Positions 1 to 10,199 of a stretch of DNA of 32,000 nt are shown here, one piece after another. This DNA is from a cyanobacterium endosymbiont of Epithemia turgida isolate EtSB Lake Yunoko. GTDB lineage: Bacteria; Cyanobacteriota; Cyanobacteriia; Cyanobacteriales; Microcystaceae. The notes below the pieces were generated by a model. That model searched no databases, was not told where the DNA came from, and worked only from the letters and a program-made list of their open reading frames with translations. Numbering within the stretch: position 1 is the stretch's first letter; each line of letters starts with the position of its first letter. The position numbers and the translations under genes are program-made. Location: assembly GCF_000829235.1 (NCBI RefSeq), contig NZ_AP012549.1, positions 720,001-752,000 on the forward strand, written 5' to 3'.

Positions 1-1195
1 ACGGGTGGTTGATTCCCTAGGTCGCCCTATTGATGGTAAAGGGGATATAAACACTTCTGAAACTCGTCTAATCGAATCAATGGCCCCTGGGATTATTGCT
101 CGTAAATCAGTTTGTGAGCCCATGCAAACAGGGATTACAGCTATTGATGCGATGATTCCTGTGGGACGGGGACAACGAGAATTGATTATCGGTGATCGTA
201 AAACTGGAAAAACGGCAATTGCGATTGATAGCATCATTAATCAGAAGTCCGAAGACGTAATCTGTGTCTATGTAGCAATTGGACAAAAAGCGTCTACTGT
301 CGCCCAGGTAATAAGAACCCTCGAAGACAATGGTGCGATGGACTACACCATAGTCGTTGCCGCTAACGCAAATGATCCAGCTACATTACAGTATCTTGCC
401 CCCTATACAGGAGCCACCCTCGCTGAATACTTTATGTATAGGGGCAAAGCTACCCTGGTCATTTACGATGACCTCTCCAAACAAGCTCAAGCTTACCGTC
501 AGTTATCTTTGCTACTAAGACGTCCTCCTGGTCGGGAAGCTTATCCTGGTGATGTGTTCTATATCCACTCTCGTTTATTAGAACGTGCGGCAAAACTTAG
601 CGATAAGCTCGGTGGTGGTAGTATGACAGCGTTACCCGTGATTGAAACTCAAGCAGGTGACGTTTCTGCTTACATTCCTACTAACGTAATTTCTATTACT
701 GACGGACAGATTTTCCTTTCCAGCGATCTGTTTAACTCAGGTTTTCGTCCCGCTATTAACGCAGGGATTTCAGTAAGCAGGGTAGGATCTGCGGCTCAGA
801 CCAAGGCCATGAAAAAGGTTGCTGGTAAATTGAAGCTAGAATTGGCACAATTTGCTGAACTAGAAGCCTTCTCCCAGTTTGCCTCTGACTTAGATGCCAC
901 CACTCAGTCTCAACTGTCACGGGGTCAACGGTTACGTCAAGTATTGAAGCAGCCTGAAAATTCCCCCTTAGCAGTGTGGGAACAGGTAGCAATTTCCTAT
1001 GCAGGGTTAAATGGTTATCTTGATGAAATTGCTGTGGAGAAGGTGACTGAATTTACTATGGGACTACGGAACTATATTAAAACCAGTAAAGCCAAATTTA
1101 CTGAGATCGTTGGAACTGAAAAACAACTTACCGATGAAGCAGAAAGCCTCCTCAAAGAAGCTATCAAGGAACATAAACAGACCTTTGCCGCGTAA
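1..1195 (+). CDS. atpA: F1 ATP synthase alpha subunit, 5'-truncated by the window edge
   Basis: ORF 5..1195 is open to the window start. It carries Walker A 'GDRKTGKT' and the blocks '[27 protein letters not shown]' and '[25 protein letters not shown]', which are classic F1-alpha. The gamma subunit gene follows directly. Confidence 0.97.
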   Translation, partial: RVVDSLGRPIDGKGDINTSETRLIESMAPGIIARKSVCEPMQTGITAIDAMIPVGRGQRELIIGDRKTGKTAIAIDSIINQKSEDVICVYVAIGQKASTVAQVIRTLEDNGAMDYTIVVAANANDPATLQYLAPYTGATLAEYFMYRGKATLVIYDDLSKQAQAYRQLSLLLRRPPGREAYPGDVFYIHSRLLERAAKLSDKLGGGSMTALPVIETQAGDVSAYIPTNVISITDGQIFLSSDLFNSGFRPAINAGISVSRVGSAAQTKAMKKVAGKLKLELAQFAELEAFSQFASDLDATTQSQLSRGQRLRQVLKQPENSPLAVWEQVAISYAGLNGYLDEIAVEKVTEFTMGLRNYIKTSKAKFTEIVGTEKQLTDEAESLLKEAIKEHKQTFAA

Positions 1196-1300
1196 TTGAC
1201 CATAAATAAGTCAGTGGTTAGTCATTTCCTGACGAACGAGAAGGAGGGCTAACCACCCATGACCCCTTATGAATAATTAATCCCACAAAAAATAAAAAAT

Positions 1301-2245
1301 ATGCCTAACCTCAAAGCTATCCGTGATCGGATTAAATCAGTCAAAAATACAAAAAAAATTACTGAGGCTATGCGTCTGGTAGCCGCCGCTAAGGTTCGCC
1401 GAGCTCAAGAACAGGTAATGTCTACTCGTCCCTTTGCTGATAATTTAGCCAATGTTCTTTATAATTTGCTCAACCGTCTTAAGTATGAGGATGTGAGTTT
1501 ATCTCTATTGCAACAAAGACAGGTTAAAACCGTGGCTGTAGTTGTTGTCTCAGGTGATCGGGGGTTATGTGGTGGATACAACTCTTATGTGATTCGCCGT
1601 GCAGAACAACGCCAAAAAGAATTAGAAGCTCAAGGACTTGATTATTGTTTCATCACCATTGGAAACAAAGCGACTCAATATTTTTCTCGTCGCAAGGTCC
1701 CCATTCTAAGCAAGTACACGGGATTAAATCAAATTCCTACAGCCAATGAAGCTATATCTATTGCTGACGAGTTGCTGTCTCTATTTTTATCAGAAACAGT
1801 TGACCGAGTAGAGTTAATTTACACTCGTTTCGTTTCTGTTATAAGTTCTCGTCCGGTGATTCAAACTTTGCTACCTTTGACTCTTCAGGGGTTGGAAGTT
1901 GAAGATGATGAAATGTTCCGCTTAATTACCCGCGAAGGGAGATTAGGCGTAGAAAGGGAAACGATTACTCAAGAGATCGAGATCTTCCCTCAAGATATGA
2001 TTTTTGAACAAGATCCTCTGCAAATTCTTGATTCCTTGTTACCTCTGTATATCAACAACCAATTACTCAGGGGATTACAAGAAGCGTCGGCGAGTGAATT
2101 AGCAGCTCGGATGACGGCGATGAGTAACGCGAGTGATAATGCTGGTCAGTTGATCGACAGTCTTACTCTATCTTACAACAAAGCGCGTCAAGCAGCAATT
2201 ACCCAACAGCTAATGGAAGTAGTTGCTGGTGCTAATGCTTTGTAG
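1301..2245 (+). CDS. atpG: F1 ATP synthase gamma subunit (called atpC in cyanobacterial nomenclature)
   Basis: 314 aa. The N-terminus '[36 protein letters not shown]' and C-terminus '[20 protein letters not shown]' are typical gamma-subunit helices. It lies immediately downstream of atpA. Confidence 0.95.
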   Translation: MPNLKAIRDRIKSVKNTKKITEAMRLVAAAKVRRAQEQVMSTRPFADNLANVLYNLLNRLKYEDVSLSLLQQRQVKTVAVVVVSGDRGLCGGYNSYVIRRAEQRQKELEAQGLDYCFITIGNKATQYFSRRKVPILSKYTGLNQIPTANEAISIADELLSLFLSETVDRVELIYTRFVSVISSRPVIQTLLPLTLQGLEVEDDEMFRLITREGRLGVERETITQEIEIFPQDMIFEQDPLQILDSLLPLYINNQLLRGLQEASASELAARMTAMSNASDNAGQLIDSLTLSYNKARQAAITQQLMEVVAGANAL

Positions 2246-2279
2246 GAATTAGTTATCAGAACACTTTAACGATCTTTCG

Positions 2280-2313
2280 AGCGTTTAGAAATTTTTCTAG
2301 ACGCTTGCTCTTT
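2280..2313 (+). terminator. Candidate intrinsic terminator after the atp genes
   Basis: Arms agcgtttag (2280-2288) and ctagacgct (2297-2305) pair over 9 positions, one of them a G-U wobble. The stem is followed by tgctcttt. The U-tract is weak, so this is tentative. Confidence 0.3.
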
Positions 2314-2387
2314 AAAATAGAGGAAATACTTTTGGTGTCCTATCTATCTTGGTACTAGAATATCTTCGGTTGTCTAGGTTGACAATA

Positions 2388-2864
2388 GTGTACAAGGCAT
2401 ATCGCTATAGAATTTATCGCGACACCTGGCAAAAGCAAGCACTAGTCAAGATCTTTAGATGATGTCAGTGGTGTTGAGACTGTTCATATTTTAGACTAAT
2501 TTATAAAAATTATTAAAAGACAGATAGGGAGCTGTTCGATGTCTTTTGTCAGTACTTTAAAAGAACTATTCTTAGCTTAGTGATATTTCTTTTCGGTGCT
2601 TATCAGTATTTACCAGTTGTGAATGTAGGTCTATTGTGATGGTTAGTCCAATATATCTTTAACAAAAAAGAAAAATAACCAAAATAAAACAAGTTATTTT
2701 GCAAGCACAAAGAGAGTACACTCGTCGGAAGGTTATTTGATAAATTTCACTTCATAATTTATAGATGTAGAGTAAATTTTATGTACCAACTATCACATCG
2801 TACAATCAATCAAAACCAAGTAATTGCCGCAAAAAACGACGTAAAAGGCATAAGAAAACCCTAA
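2388..2864 (+). mobile_element. tnpB: Decayed IS200/IS605-family tnpB (OrfB) remnant with N- and C-terminal pieces and the middle deleted
   Basis: From 2388 the sequence reads VYKAYRYRIYRDTWQKQALVKIFR*CQWC, which resembles the canonical TnpB start 'KAYKYRIYPT.EQ...L...FGC.R.V.N'. At about 2714, EYTRRKVI* resembles the 'YTSQ.C' zinc-finger entry. At 2823-2864, IAAKNDVKGIRKP* resembles the C-terminal 'D.NAA.NI...G'. The pieces are in different frames, and only about 0.48 kb remains where about 1.2 kb is expected. Confidence 0.5.
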
Positions 2865-2914
2865 AAAATCTAACACTATTAATAATTATAACTAGATAAA
2901 GTTCTGTTCAACTA

Positions 2915-2946
2915 TCTCTGCTTGATACTTAAGTATCAAGCAGAGA
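2915..2946. repeat. 32-bp perfect palindrome (tctctgcttgatactt|aagtatcaagcagaga)
   Basis: Read directly; every position pairs. It lies about 50 nt downstream of the tnpB remnant stop, where IS605-family right-end hairpins sit. Confidence 0.9.
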
Positions 2947-3279
2947 ATAAAGGGAATATTTACATTGAAATTGACAAACTCTTCTATAGTTATTAAGACT
3001 TATAATGACTGCATGAATTAAGTAAGCAGATTGCCTCTTGATTTCAGTAATTGGATTTGCGAATGTTACAAAACCAATTATAGTTGTGACATCAACACCT
3101 CAATAAACGCAGAAAATTAAGTCTTAAGAACATGTAAGATACCTATGTATTAAGATTTATTACCTCTTAGACACAACGCGCAATGAAGTTGAAAGTCTCA
3201 AATATAATGCTTTGAACTGGGTGGGTAATTCATCTCACAATATACAATGTAAGGGAATCTTTTTAAGAGAAAAATAATT

Positions 3280-3948
3280 ATGTCAGAAATTGACATTGCC
3301 AGTTATATCGATAATAGCTTACTCAGTCCTACAGCAATTGCCCAAGAGGTAGAACAGTATTGTCAACAGGCTAATCAATTTGGCTTTCCCACTGTCTGTG
3401 TATATCCCTCCATGGTATCTCAAGCAACCGAATTACTTCAAAATAAGCAAACCCAAGTTTGTACAGTGGTTGGCTTTCCTACAGGAGCAACCACCTCAGC
3501 CGTCAAACTTTATGAAGCCAAAGAAGCAGTAGAAAATGGAGCAACGGAACTCGCTGTAGTAATCAACTTGGGATGGTTAAAAATTGGACTTTATGACAAA
3601 ATTTATCAAGAAATTGCCGAAATTTGTTCAGAAACGAGACAAACAGTTAAAGCTATTCTCGAAACTAATTTATTGACGGATACAGAAAAGCGACTCGCTG
3701 CCGAAATTTGTATGGATGGAGGGGCAACTTATTTAGAGACTAGTACTGGATGGTTTGGAGGGGCAACAGTCGCTGATGTAAGTTATCTTAATCAACTAAC
3801 TAAAGGACGAGTGGGTATTAAAGCTTCTGGGGGTATTCGGACTCTAGAACAAGCTTTAGCCCTAATCGAAGCAGGGGCAACTCGGTTGGGAACTTCTCAT
3901 GGGGTTAACTTAGTGAAACAACAACGTGATCCAGTACGAAACATTTAG
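3280..3948 (+). CDS. deoC: Deoxyribose-phosphate aldolase
   Basis: 222 aa. It has a DeoC-type TIM-barrel sequence with 'VKAILET' and the Schiff-base lysine block '[10 protein letters not shown]', plus 'GATRLGTS' at the C-terminus. Confidence 0.93.
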   Translation: MSEIDIASYIDNSLLSPTAIAQEVEQYCQQANQFGFPTVCVYPSMVSQATELLQNKQTQVCTVVGFPTGATTSAVKLYEAKEAVENGATELAVVINLGWLKIGLYDKIYQEIAEICSETRQTVKAILETNLLTDTEKRLAAEICMDGGATYLETSTGWFGGATVADVSYLNQLTKGRVGIKASGGIRTLEQALALIEAGATRLGTSHGVNLVKQQRDPVRNI

Positions 3949-3975
3949 GGGATTTTGACAAAATATAATGAGCTA

Positions 3976-4821
3976 ATGAGTCGAATTTATAAAACCACAG
4001 GGATTATCTTAAAAAGAACACCTTTCGGGGAAGCTGATCGTTTAGTCAAAATTCTTTCACCAGAATTCGGTTTAATTCGAGCGATGGTCCCAGGGGCGAG
4101 GAAATATACATCAAAACTAAGCGGACGTAGCGAGTTATTTGTGGTTAATGATTTATTAATAGTCAAGGGGCGATCACTTGATCAAATTATCCAAGCCGAC
4201 ATCTTAAAATCTTACCCAAGATTGAGTAAAAATTTAGGAAAATTGGCTGCTAGTCAGTATTTAGCTGAATTGGTATTGTCCATAGCCTTAGAGCAACAAC
4301 CTCAATGGGAACTTTATGAACTCCTCAACGAACATTTACATCGCCTCGAAGAAATATCATCTGATCAAAGTTTACATAGTCATTTAGCCCAAGGGGTGTT
4401 ACATATATTGGTACTTGCGGGAATTAGTCCTCAAGTTCACACTTGTTGTTTGACTGGTGAAACGTTATCAGCCAATTTTAGTAATCCTCATTGGCGAGTA
4501 GGATTAAGTTTTAAAGAAGGAGGTTTGATAAAATTAGCAATTACAGAATCTTCCGTATCAACTAAACAAGAATACTCTAAAATCATCCGAACTTTAATTG
4601 ATCAACAACTAAATGCCGTAGAATTTAGTCTTTTGCAACAATTATTCCATCCTTATCTCCCGCAACTACGAAAAATCTTACCTCTAGAGTATCTCAATGA
4701 TTTCCTACCCTTAGCTTGGGTTCACATCGAACATATGCTACGTAATTATGCTCAATACCACTTAGGGAAATCTTTTCGGTCAGCCGATCTCATCAGTACT
4801 TTATCTCGGTTAGAGTTTTAA
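3976..4821 (+). CDS. recO: DNA repair protein RecO
   Basis: '[43 protein letters not shown]' is a typical RecO OB-fold N-terminus. The ORF track opens at TTG 3955, but ATG 3976 gives the canonical start. Confidence 0.85.
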   Translation: MSRIYKTTGIILKRTPFGEADRLVKILSPEFGLIRAMVPGARKYTSKLSGRSELFVVNDLLIVKGRSLDQIIQADILKSYPRLSKNLGKLAASQYLAELVLSIALEQQPQWELYELLNEHLHRLEEISSDQSLHSHLAQGVLHILVLAGISPQVHTCCLTGETLSANFSNPHWRVGLSFKEGGLIKLAITESSVSTKQEYSKIIRTLIDQQLNAVEFSLLQQLFHPYLPQLRKILPLEYLNDFLPLAWVHIEHMLRNYAQYHLGKSFRSADLISTLSRLEF

Positions 4822-4948
4822 GGTTTAATAGAACTGTATGATTAACTACAAAATTAATTGCTATCTTCGCAATTAAGTCAAGTAAAACCCCTATTTTTAA
4901 GCCTTAACTTAAGTTATTTTTTCTCCCCAAGATTCCTCACCTAACTCT

Positions 4949-6346
4949 ATGGATCGCCAATCTACCCCCTCTAAGCCACCAATGAGTCAAGGATTTATCC
5001 CTATTCTGCAGAACCCGCGTTTTTTAACGCTTTGGGTTGGACAAATTTTCTCTCAATTGGCTGATAAAGTTTATCTGGTCTTAATGATTGCCTTAATTGC
5101 TGGTCACTTTCAAGGAAACAATCAACCTATTAGTGGTTGGGTATCAGCGATTATGATTGCTTTTACTATTCCGGCGGTTTTGTTCGGTTCCTTTGCTGGG
5201 GTTTATATAGATCGATGGTCAAAAAAAGGGGTGTTAGTTATCTCTAATTTTGTACGAGGGGCATTAGTTTTCGTTATTGCTCCCCTAATCTGGTTATCCC
5301 AAGATAAAACCTTAGCATTACCTGTCTATTGGCTTCCTGTCTGGTTAAGACAGTGGCAATTACAAGTTCAAGATCACTTTTTTATTCCTTTGGGATTTTT
5401 ATTCATACTAATATTAACCTTTATAGATTCAACTATTACCCAGTTTTTTGCCCCAGCAGAACAAGTTACTATTCCTTTGATTGTTGAACGCCGTCATCTG
5501 CTTTCGGCTAATTCTCTCTTTACTACTACCATGATGGCTACGACCATTATCGGGTTTGCAATTGGAGATCCTTTACTAGAATTAGCTGCAACGTTAGCTA
5601 AATTTGTGGGATTATCTTGGGAACTCGGTAAATCTTTAGTTGTTGCCTTATCTTATCTGTTAGCGGGTTTCATTTTAATTTTTTTAAGGACAGGAGAAAA
5701 AAAAGAACACTACGAAAAAGAACGCTCCCATATATTTAAAGATATTCGCGATGGTCTTCATTATCTCAACAATAATCATCGAGTTCGCAATGCTTTAATT
5801 CAACTGGTAATTATTTTTTGTATTTTTGCAGCCTTGTCGGTATTGGCTGTCAGGATGGCTGAAACTATTCCAGGGTTAAAAGCTGAACAATTCGGCTTTT
5901 TATTGGCTTTTGGAGGTTTAGGAATGGCTTTTGGAGCAGGTATTTTAGGCAACTGGGGTCAACAGTTTAGCAAAAATCGATTAGGATTGTGGGGATCGTT
6001 GGGAATGGCAGTTTCCTTGGTGGGGTTATCCTTGTCTATAGACAATCTATGGCTAACTCTGTTGATGACCACATTTTTAGGATTATTTGCAGCTTTTGTC
6101 GGAGTTCCAATGCAAACTATGATTCAATCAGAAACACCTGTTGACATGAGGGGTAAGGTGTTTGGTTTGCAAAATAATGCGGTTAATATTGCTTTGTCTT
6201 TACCTTTAGCTTTAGCTGGTATTGCAGAAACTTTAGTGGGGTTGAAACCTGTTTTACTTGCTTTAGCTGGATTAGCAGTCGCAGGGGGAATTCTCACAGG
6301 GAATATAGGAAAAAATAGACCTGGCAATAAAATACCAGAATCATGA
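4949..6346 (+). CDS. Major facilitator superfamily transporter, substrate unknown
   Basis: 465 aa with about 12 hydrophobic segments and an MFS-like loop 'AGVYIDRWSKKG' after TM2. The substrate cannot be inferred. Confidence 0.85.
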   Translation: MDRQSTPSKPPMSQGFIPILQNPRFLTLWVGQIFSQLADKVYLVLMIALIAGHFQGNNQPISGWVSAIMIAFTIPAVLFGSFAGVYIDRWSKKGVLVISNFVRGALVFVIAPLIWLSQDKTLALPVYWLPVWLRQWQLQVQDHFFIPLGFLFILILTFIDSTITQFFAPAEQVTIPLIVERRHLLSANSLFTTTMMATTIIGFAIGDPLLELAATLAKFVGLSWELGKSLVVALSYLLAGFILIFLRTGEKKEHYEKERSHIFKDIRDGLHYLNNNHRVRNALIQLVIIFCIFAALSVLAVRMAETIPGLKAEQFGFLLAFGGLGMAFGAGILGNWGQQFSKNRLGLWGSLGMAVSLVGLSLSIDNLWLTLLMTTFLGLFAAFVGVPMQTMIQSETPVDMRGKVFGLQNNAVNIALSLPLALAGIAETLVGLKPVLLALAGLAVAGGILTGNIGKNRPGNKIPES

Positions 6347-6584
6347 CTGATTTCAAAAAAAAATAATCATAACTTCTTTACAAGATTTCTCCTTTAGTCA
6401 CGGATTATCAGTAATCTTTTTTATATAACAAATTTACAAAATTTATTCTAAACCTAAAATATAAGTATACGATATATTCTTCCTGATCATGTATTGAGAC
6501 TGTTTAATATTTCTAGTTTTTTCCCTGTAAATAAATTTGAATTTATTTATCCTTGCTATTAATCATTTACCATGATTTTAGATA

Positions 6585-8090
6585 TATTCTTTGATTTGTT
6601 CTGGTAAAAAAACTTGATTCATCACTAGGAAAATTTAATTCAATCACAAAATCAAGAAATAAAAATAGACCCGAAAACATTCAAATATACAGCGGTACCT
6701 ACGTTTTCTTGAGCAGGTGACAAACTAAACACAGTGATAGCTACCTTTTTCTCTAGTTTAGGTTTGTCCCTAGATTAGCCTATTTTATTGCTTGTTGGGG
6801 GACTGCTTCGATGCGCTCTTGCCGTATTTCCGTCCCGTTTTGAGAGGATAATAGGTTCTATCGCCCCATCTAATTCAGGAATAGCTATTTGTAAGGCTAC
6901 TTGGACAGGATGTAATCCTAGAACAATTTCTTTCCATTCTTGGTTAGGTTGAAATACAAGAGACAACGCACACATATAAGGACGGTTGAGGCGTTTTAAT
7001 GATTCGATTGCTTTTGGATAGTCTTGACGAGCTGGACCCATAACTAATACAAAACCTGTCAAAGAAACCATTGCCTCGACAATAGTAATTGTCTCTCCTC
7101 CTTTACTTTAATCTAAGAAATAAGCATCCATCGGGTTATAAAAGTCTAATCCTCCTGCCAATATAAAAAGCACCCTCGCTCCCATAGCTTCTAATTCCTG
7201 CACTGTAGCCACATAGTAAGCAAAGCATCATCCTCAATCGGATAAGTCTGTTGTAGAATCAATCTAATACAGGGGTCTGAAGGGTCTTTTTTTGAGACTA
7301 TCAAAAATAAATATCGATTCGACTATTGAACCATCTTAAATAAGAAGGAACATCCTTAAACATTTCCCTCGATAAAGGATGCCAAATTCCTATGTCAAGA
7401 TAGACTACTAGATCCTGATAGTTAACAGTTTTATCTTCGAGGAGATCTGGATAGGAATATTTGTGGAACAACATTACCAGAAAATTCTCTAAATTTTACG
7501 AAGATCTTCCCAACCAATATTGGAAACTCAACATAAGACTGCGAGCATTTTGAGCTTTTTCAACTGGAAAATACTTCAAAATTTGAGGCAAAGTCCGCAA
7601 CAAGTTTAACATAGTATCTTGAAACCATGCGCTGGAATTTTCCTTTCGTTTCCGCATAAATTGGGCGATTGCATTTTTATACTGTCTCAACTGAGCCATA
7701 GAAAACCTATCTAATTTGTTTAAGTGCATTATCTCGAGCATTGAGGGGAAGACCACCACGGCATCTCAATTATCCCGATGGGGTTCCATCTCGTCTAGGA
7801 CTTTATCCGCTAAATATTCAATAAAAATTAAAGAGGCAATAAATTAAGTTGGTACATACCACGTTATTCATAAATTATGTATATTTTTCAGTATTTATTA
7901 GTTATTTGACTATATAACCACTAATTTTTATGGCTAATTTAGGGTTATTTTTATTGATTGCTTCAACAACTACCGAAAGGGAACTTTGATATTGTGGATC
8001 TAAAACGATATAGACCACCTTTAGCAAAGAACGACCATTAATTGCCTCTGGAACGATATGCCGAACGGTGGACTTCACACGAGTAAACAT
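6585..8090 (-). pseudogene. chlH: Mg-protoporphyrin IX chelatase H subunit pseudogene (about the first 500 codons, shattered; the rest deleted)
   Basis: Colinear ChlH-like pieces are separated by stops and frameshifts. They include 'MFTRVKSTVRHIVPEAINGR..KVVYIVL..QYQS' followed by TAA, 'FIASLIFIEYLADKV', 'VVFPSMLEIMHLNKLDRFSMAQL..AIAQFMRKRKENS', 'LMLSFQYWLG', 'GIWHPLS', 'LEAMGARV', '[35 protein letters not shown]', '[27 protein letters not shown]' and 'KKVAITVFS...[15 protein letters not shown]'. Confidence 0.87.
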
Positions 8091-8452
8091 CTATTACAGT
8101 ACTCCTTAATTTTATGATGGTCTAAACGCTGTAAAGCATTAATTCAGAGTTGGCAAAAAATTTTATAGGACTCTATATGTGTTTCTACCCAAAATAGCTC
8201 TCACATGAGCATTTTATCGAGTATTTGACATAATTTCTAAAGAAGTATTCCATGATTCTCTACAAGAATTGACATACTGGCGATAGTAGTTTCTTTTTTT
8301 CTTGTTTATAACAACTAATTTTATATTCATTGATGAATTTATTATTGACTAAATATACTTACATTTTAGATGCTATCATTGCTATGATAATGCTCACAAA
8401 ATGAATTTAATGAGTGAGATTGGAGATTAATCATTAAAAATAACAAGACAAA

Positions 8453-8554
8453 AATTTTAGTTTGTATTTTTTTATCAAAAGATGATGTTTAATAAAAAAA
8501 TACAAACTAAAATTCGATAGCCATAAGCTATAGTATTTTTTTTATTAAACATCA
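8453..8554. repeat. Two interleaved perfect inverted repeats (23-bp and 18-bp stems)
   Basis: 8453-8475 pairs perfectly with 8492-8514. 8483-8500 pairs perfectly with 8537-8554. The two stems share the A-run at 8492-8500. Confidence 0.85.
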
Positions 8555-8900
8555 CTATCAATTAAAACAACAGTTAAACTTTATTTATTATTTTGTTTAT
8601 AAAACTAAAATATAAAAACTCCTAAGTGTCTATCATAAAGTTAATTTAGCTAGTGAAAAAGTTAAAACTACAGCAAACACTCACACAATGTTTTTAATAT
8701 TTGTGTTCACAAGTCTGCGATGTGCCCAGTCTAACTTGAAAACCACAATTTGTCTTGATTTGGATTCGAGATAAATTTTGACCTACAAGTGATCACTAAT
8801 AGCCATAGCATTAAGGTTAAGACGATTCACAAACAATGATAAGATTCAATTTAGTATAAACTTCACTGTCTATTTACACACTTAAAGGAAAAGCCACTTC

Positions 8901-10199
8901 ATGATTCACGATATCTTCATGCCTGCACTCAGTTCTACCATGACCGAGGGAAAGATCGTCTCTTGGTTGAAGTCTCCAGGGGATAAAGTAAAAAAAGGAG
9001 AAACTGTTGTTGTAGTTGAATCAGATAAAGCGGATATGGATGTGGAATCTTTCTATGAGGGTTATCTAGCAACCATTTTGGTAGAGGCTGGAAAAGAAGC
9101 TCTCGTAGGAACAGCAATTGCCCTCGTGGCAGAGACCAAAGCAGAAATTGCTCAAGCACAGCAAAAAGCTCTCTCAAGCCCAGAGCAAACTCTTCAAACT
9201 CCCTCAACTGTAGCCTCAATCTCCACTCTTGAACTAGCTACGACACCAACAACAACTTTTTCGACGAATGCTTCCAAAACCGATGAAAGTCGTGGCACTA
9301 ATGGCCGTATAATTGCCTCACCACGAGCGAAGAAACTAGCTAAACAATTAGGTATTGAGCTCACAACTATTCAGGGCAGTGGACCTTATGGACGCATTGT
9401 TGCAGAAGATGTAGAACGCACGACGGGGAAACCCCAAACTGCAACTATTACCCCGACTTCATCTTCTGCATCTCAATCGACTACCACTCCGAATACGTCG
9501 CCGACTCCTGTAACTGTTATTTTAGAAGAAACTATTCCCCTTACTACCTTACAAAAAGCAGTAGTACAAAATATGGTAGCGACAGTACAAGTTCCTACCT
9601 ATCATGTAGCTTATACAATAACTACCGATAGTTTAGATAAACTCTATAAGATAATTAAATCTAAAGGGGTAACTATGACGGCTTTATTAGCAAAAGCAGT
9701 GGCTGTTACCCTTCACAAACATCCTTTACTTAACGCTAGTTACAGCAACCAAGGAGGAATCCACTATAATAGGTCAGTTAACGTTGCTTTAGCAGTAGCA
9801 ATGCCCGATGGAGGACTAATTACTCCTGTTCTACAGAATGCTGATAAAATCGATATTTATTCTCTATCTCGTACTTGGAAAGATTTAGTCGAACGCGCTA
9901 GAAAGAAACAATTACAACCCCAAGAATATCAAAACGGAACTATTACCATCTCAAATTTAGGAATGTTTGGGGTAGACCATTTCGATGCAATTTTACCTCC
10001 AGGACAAGGAGCAATTTTAGCTATTGGTAAATCTCGTCTCCAAGTAGTAGCTACTCCAGAAGGATTGACTGGAGTAAAAAGTCAAATGACAGTCAATATC
10101 ACTTGCGATCATAGGGTAATTTATGGGGCCCATGCAGCTGCGTTTTTGCAAGATTTAGCTCAATTAATCGAAACTGATGTCAAATTACTAACCATGTGA
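8901..10199 (+). CDS. pdhC: Dihydrolipoamide acetyltransferase (E2 of the pyruvate dehydrogenase complex)
   Basis: The lipoyl domain is 'VVVVESDKADMDVESF'. The E3-binding domain is 'ASPRAKKLAKQLGIELTTIQGSGPYGRIVAEDVE'. T/S/P-rich linkers are present, and the catalytic motif is 'DHRVIYGAHAA'. Confidence 0.93.
   Translation: MIHDIFMPALSSTMTEGKIVSWLKSPGDKVKKGETVVVVESDKADMDVESFYEGYLATILVEAGKEALVGTAIALVAETKAEIAQAQQKALSSPEQTLQTPSTVASISTLELATTPTTTFSTNASKTDESRGTNGRIIASPRAKKLAKQLGIELTTIQGSGPYGRIVAEDVERTTGKPQTATITPTSSSASQSTTTPNTSPTPVTVILEETIPLTTLQKAVVQNMVATVQVPTYHVAYTITTDSLDKLYKIIKSKGVTMTALLAKAVAVTLHKHPLLNASYSNQGGIHYNRSVNVALAVAMPDGGLITPVLQNADKIDIYSLSRTWKDLVERARKKQLQPQEYQNGTITISNLGMFGVDHFDAILPPGQGAILAIGKSRLQVVATPEGLTGVKSQMTVNITCDHRVIYGAHAAAFLQDLAQLIETDVKLLTM

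Noticed and set aside
756-992. Antisense or alternate-frame ORFs nested in strong genes. They are 756-992, 6124-6327, 8935-9219, 13629-13814, 13781-13966, 14595-14822, 15343-15579, 16000-16227, 19281-19463, 19576-19776, 20268-20453, 26022-26243, 26591-26815 and 31572-31772.
   Set aside because: Each lies entirely inside a well-supported CDS with family-specific motifs. Their translations are low-complexity with no recognisable motifs. They are shadow ORFs.
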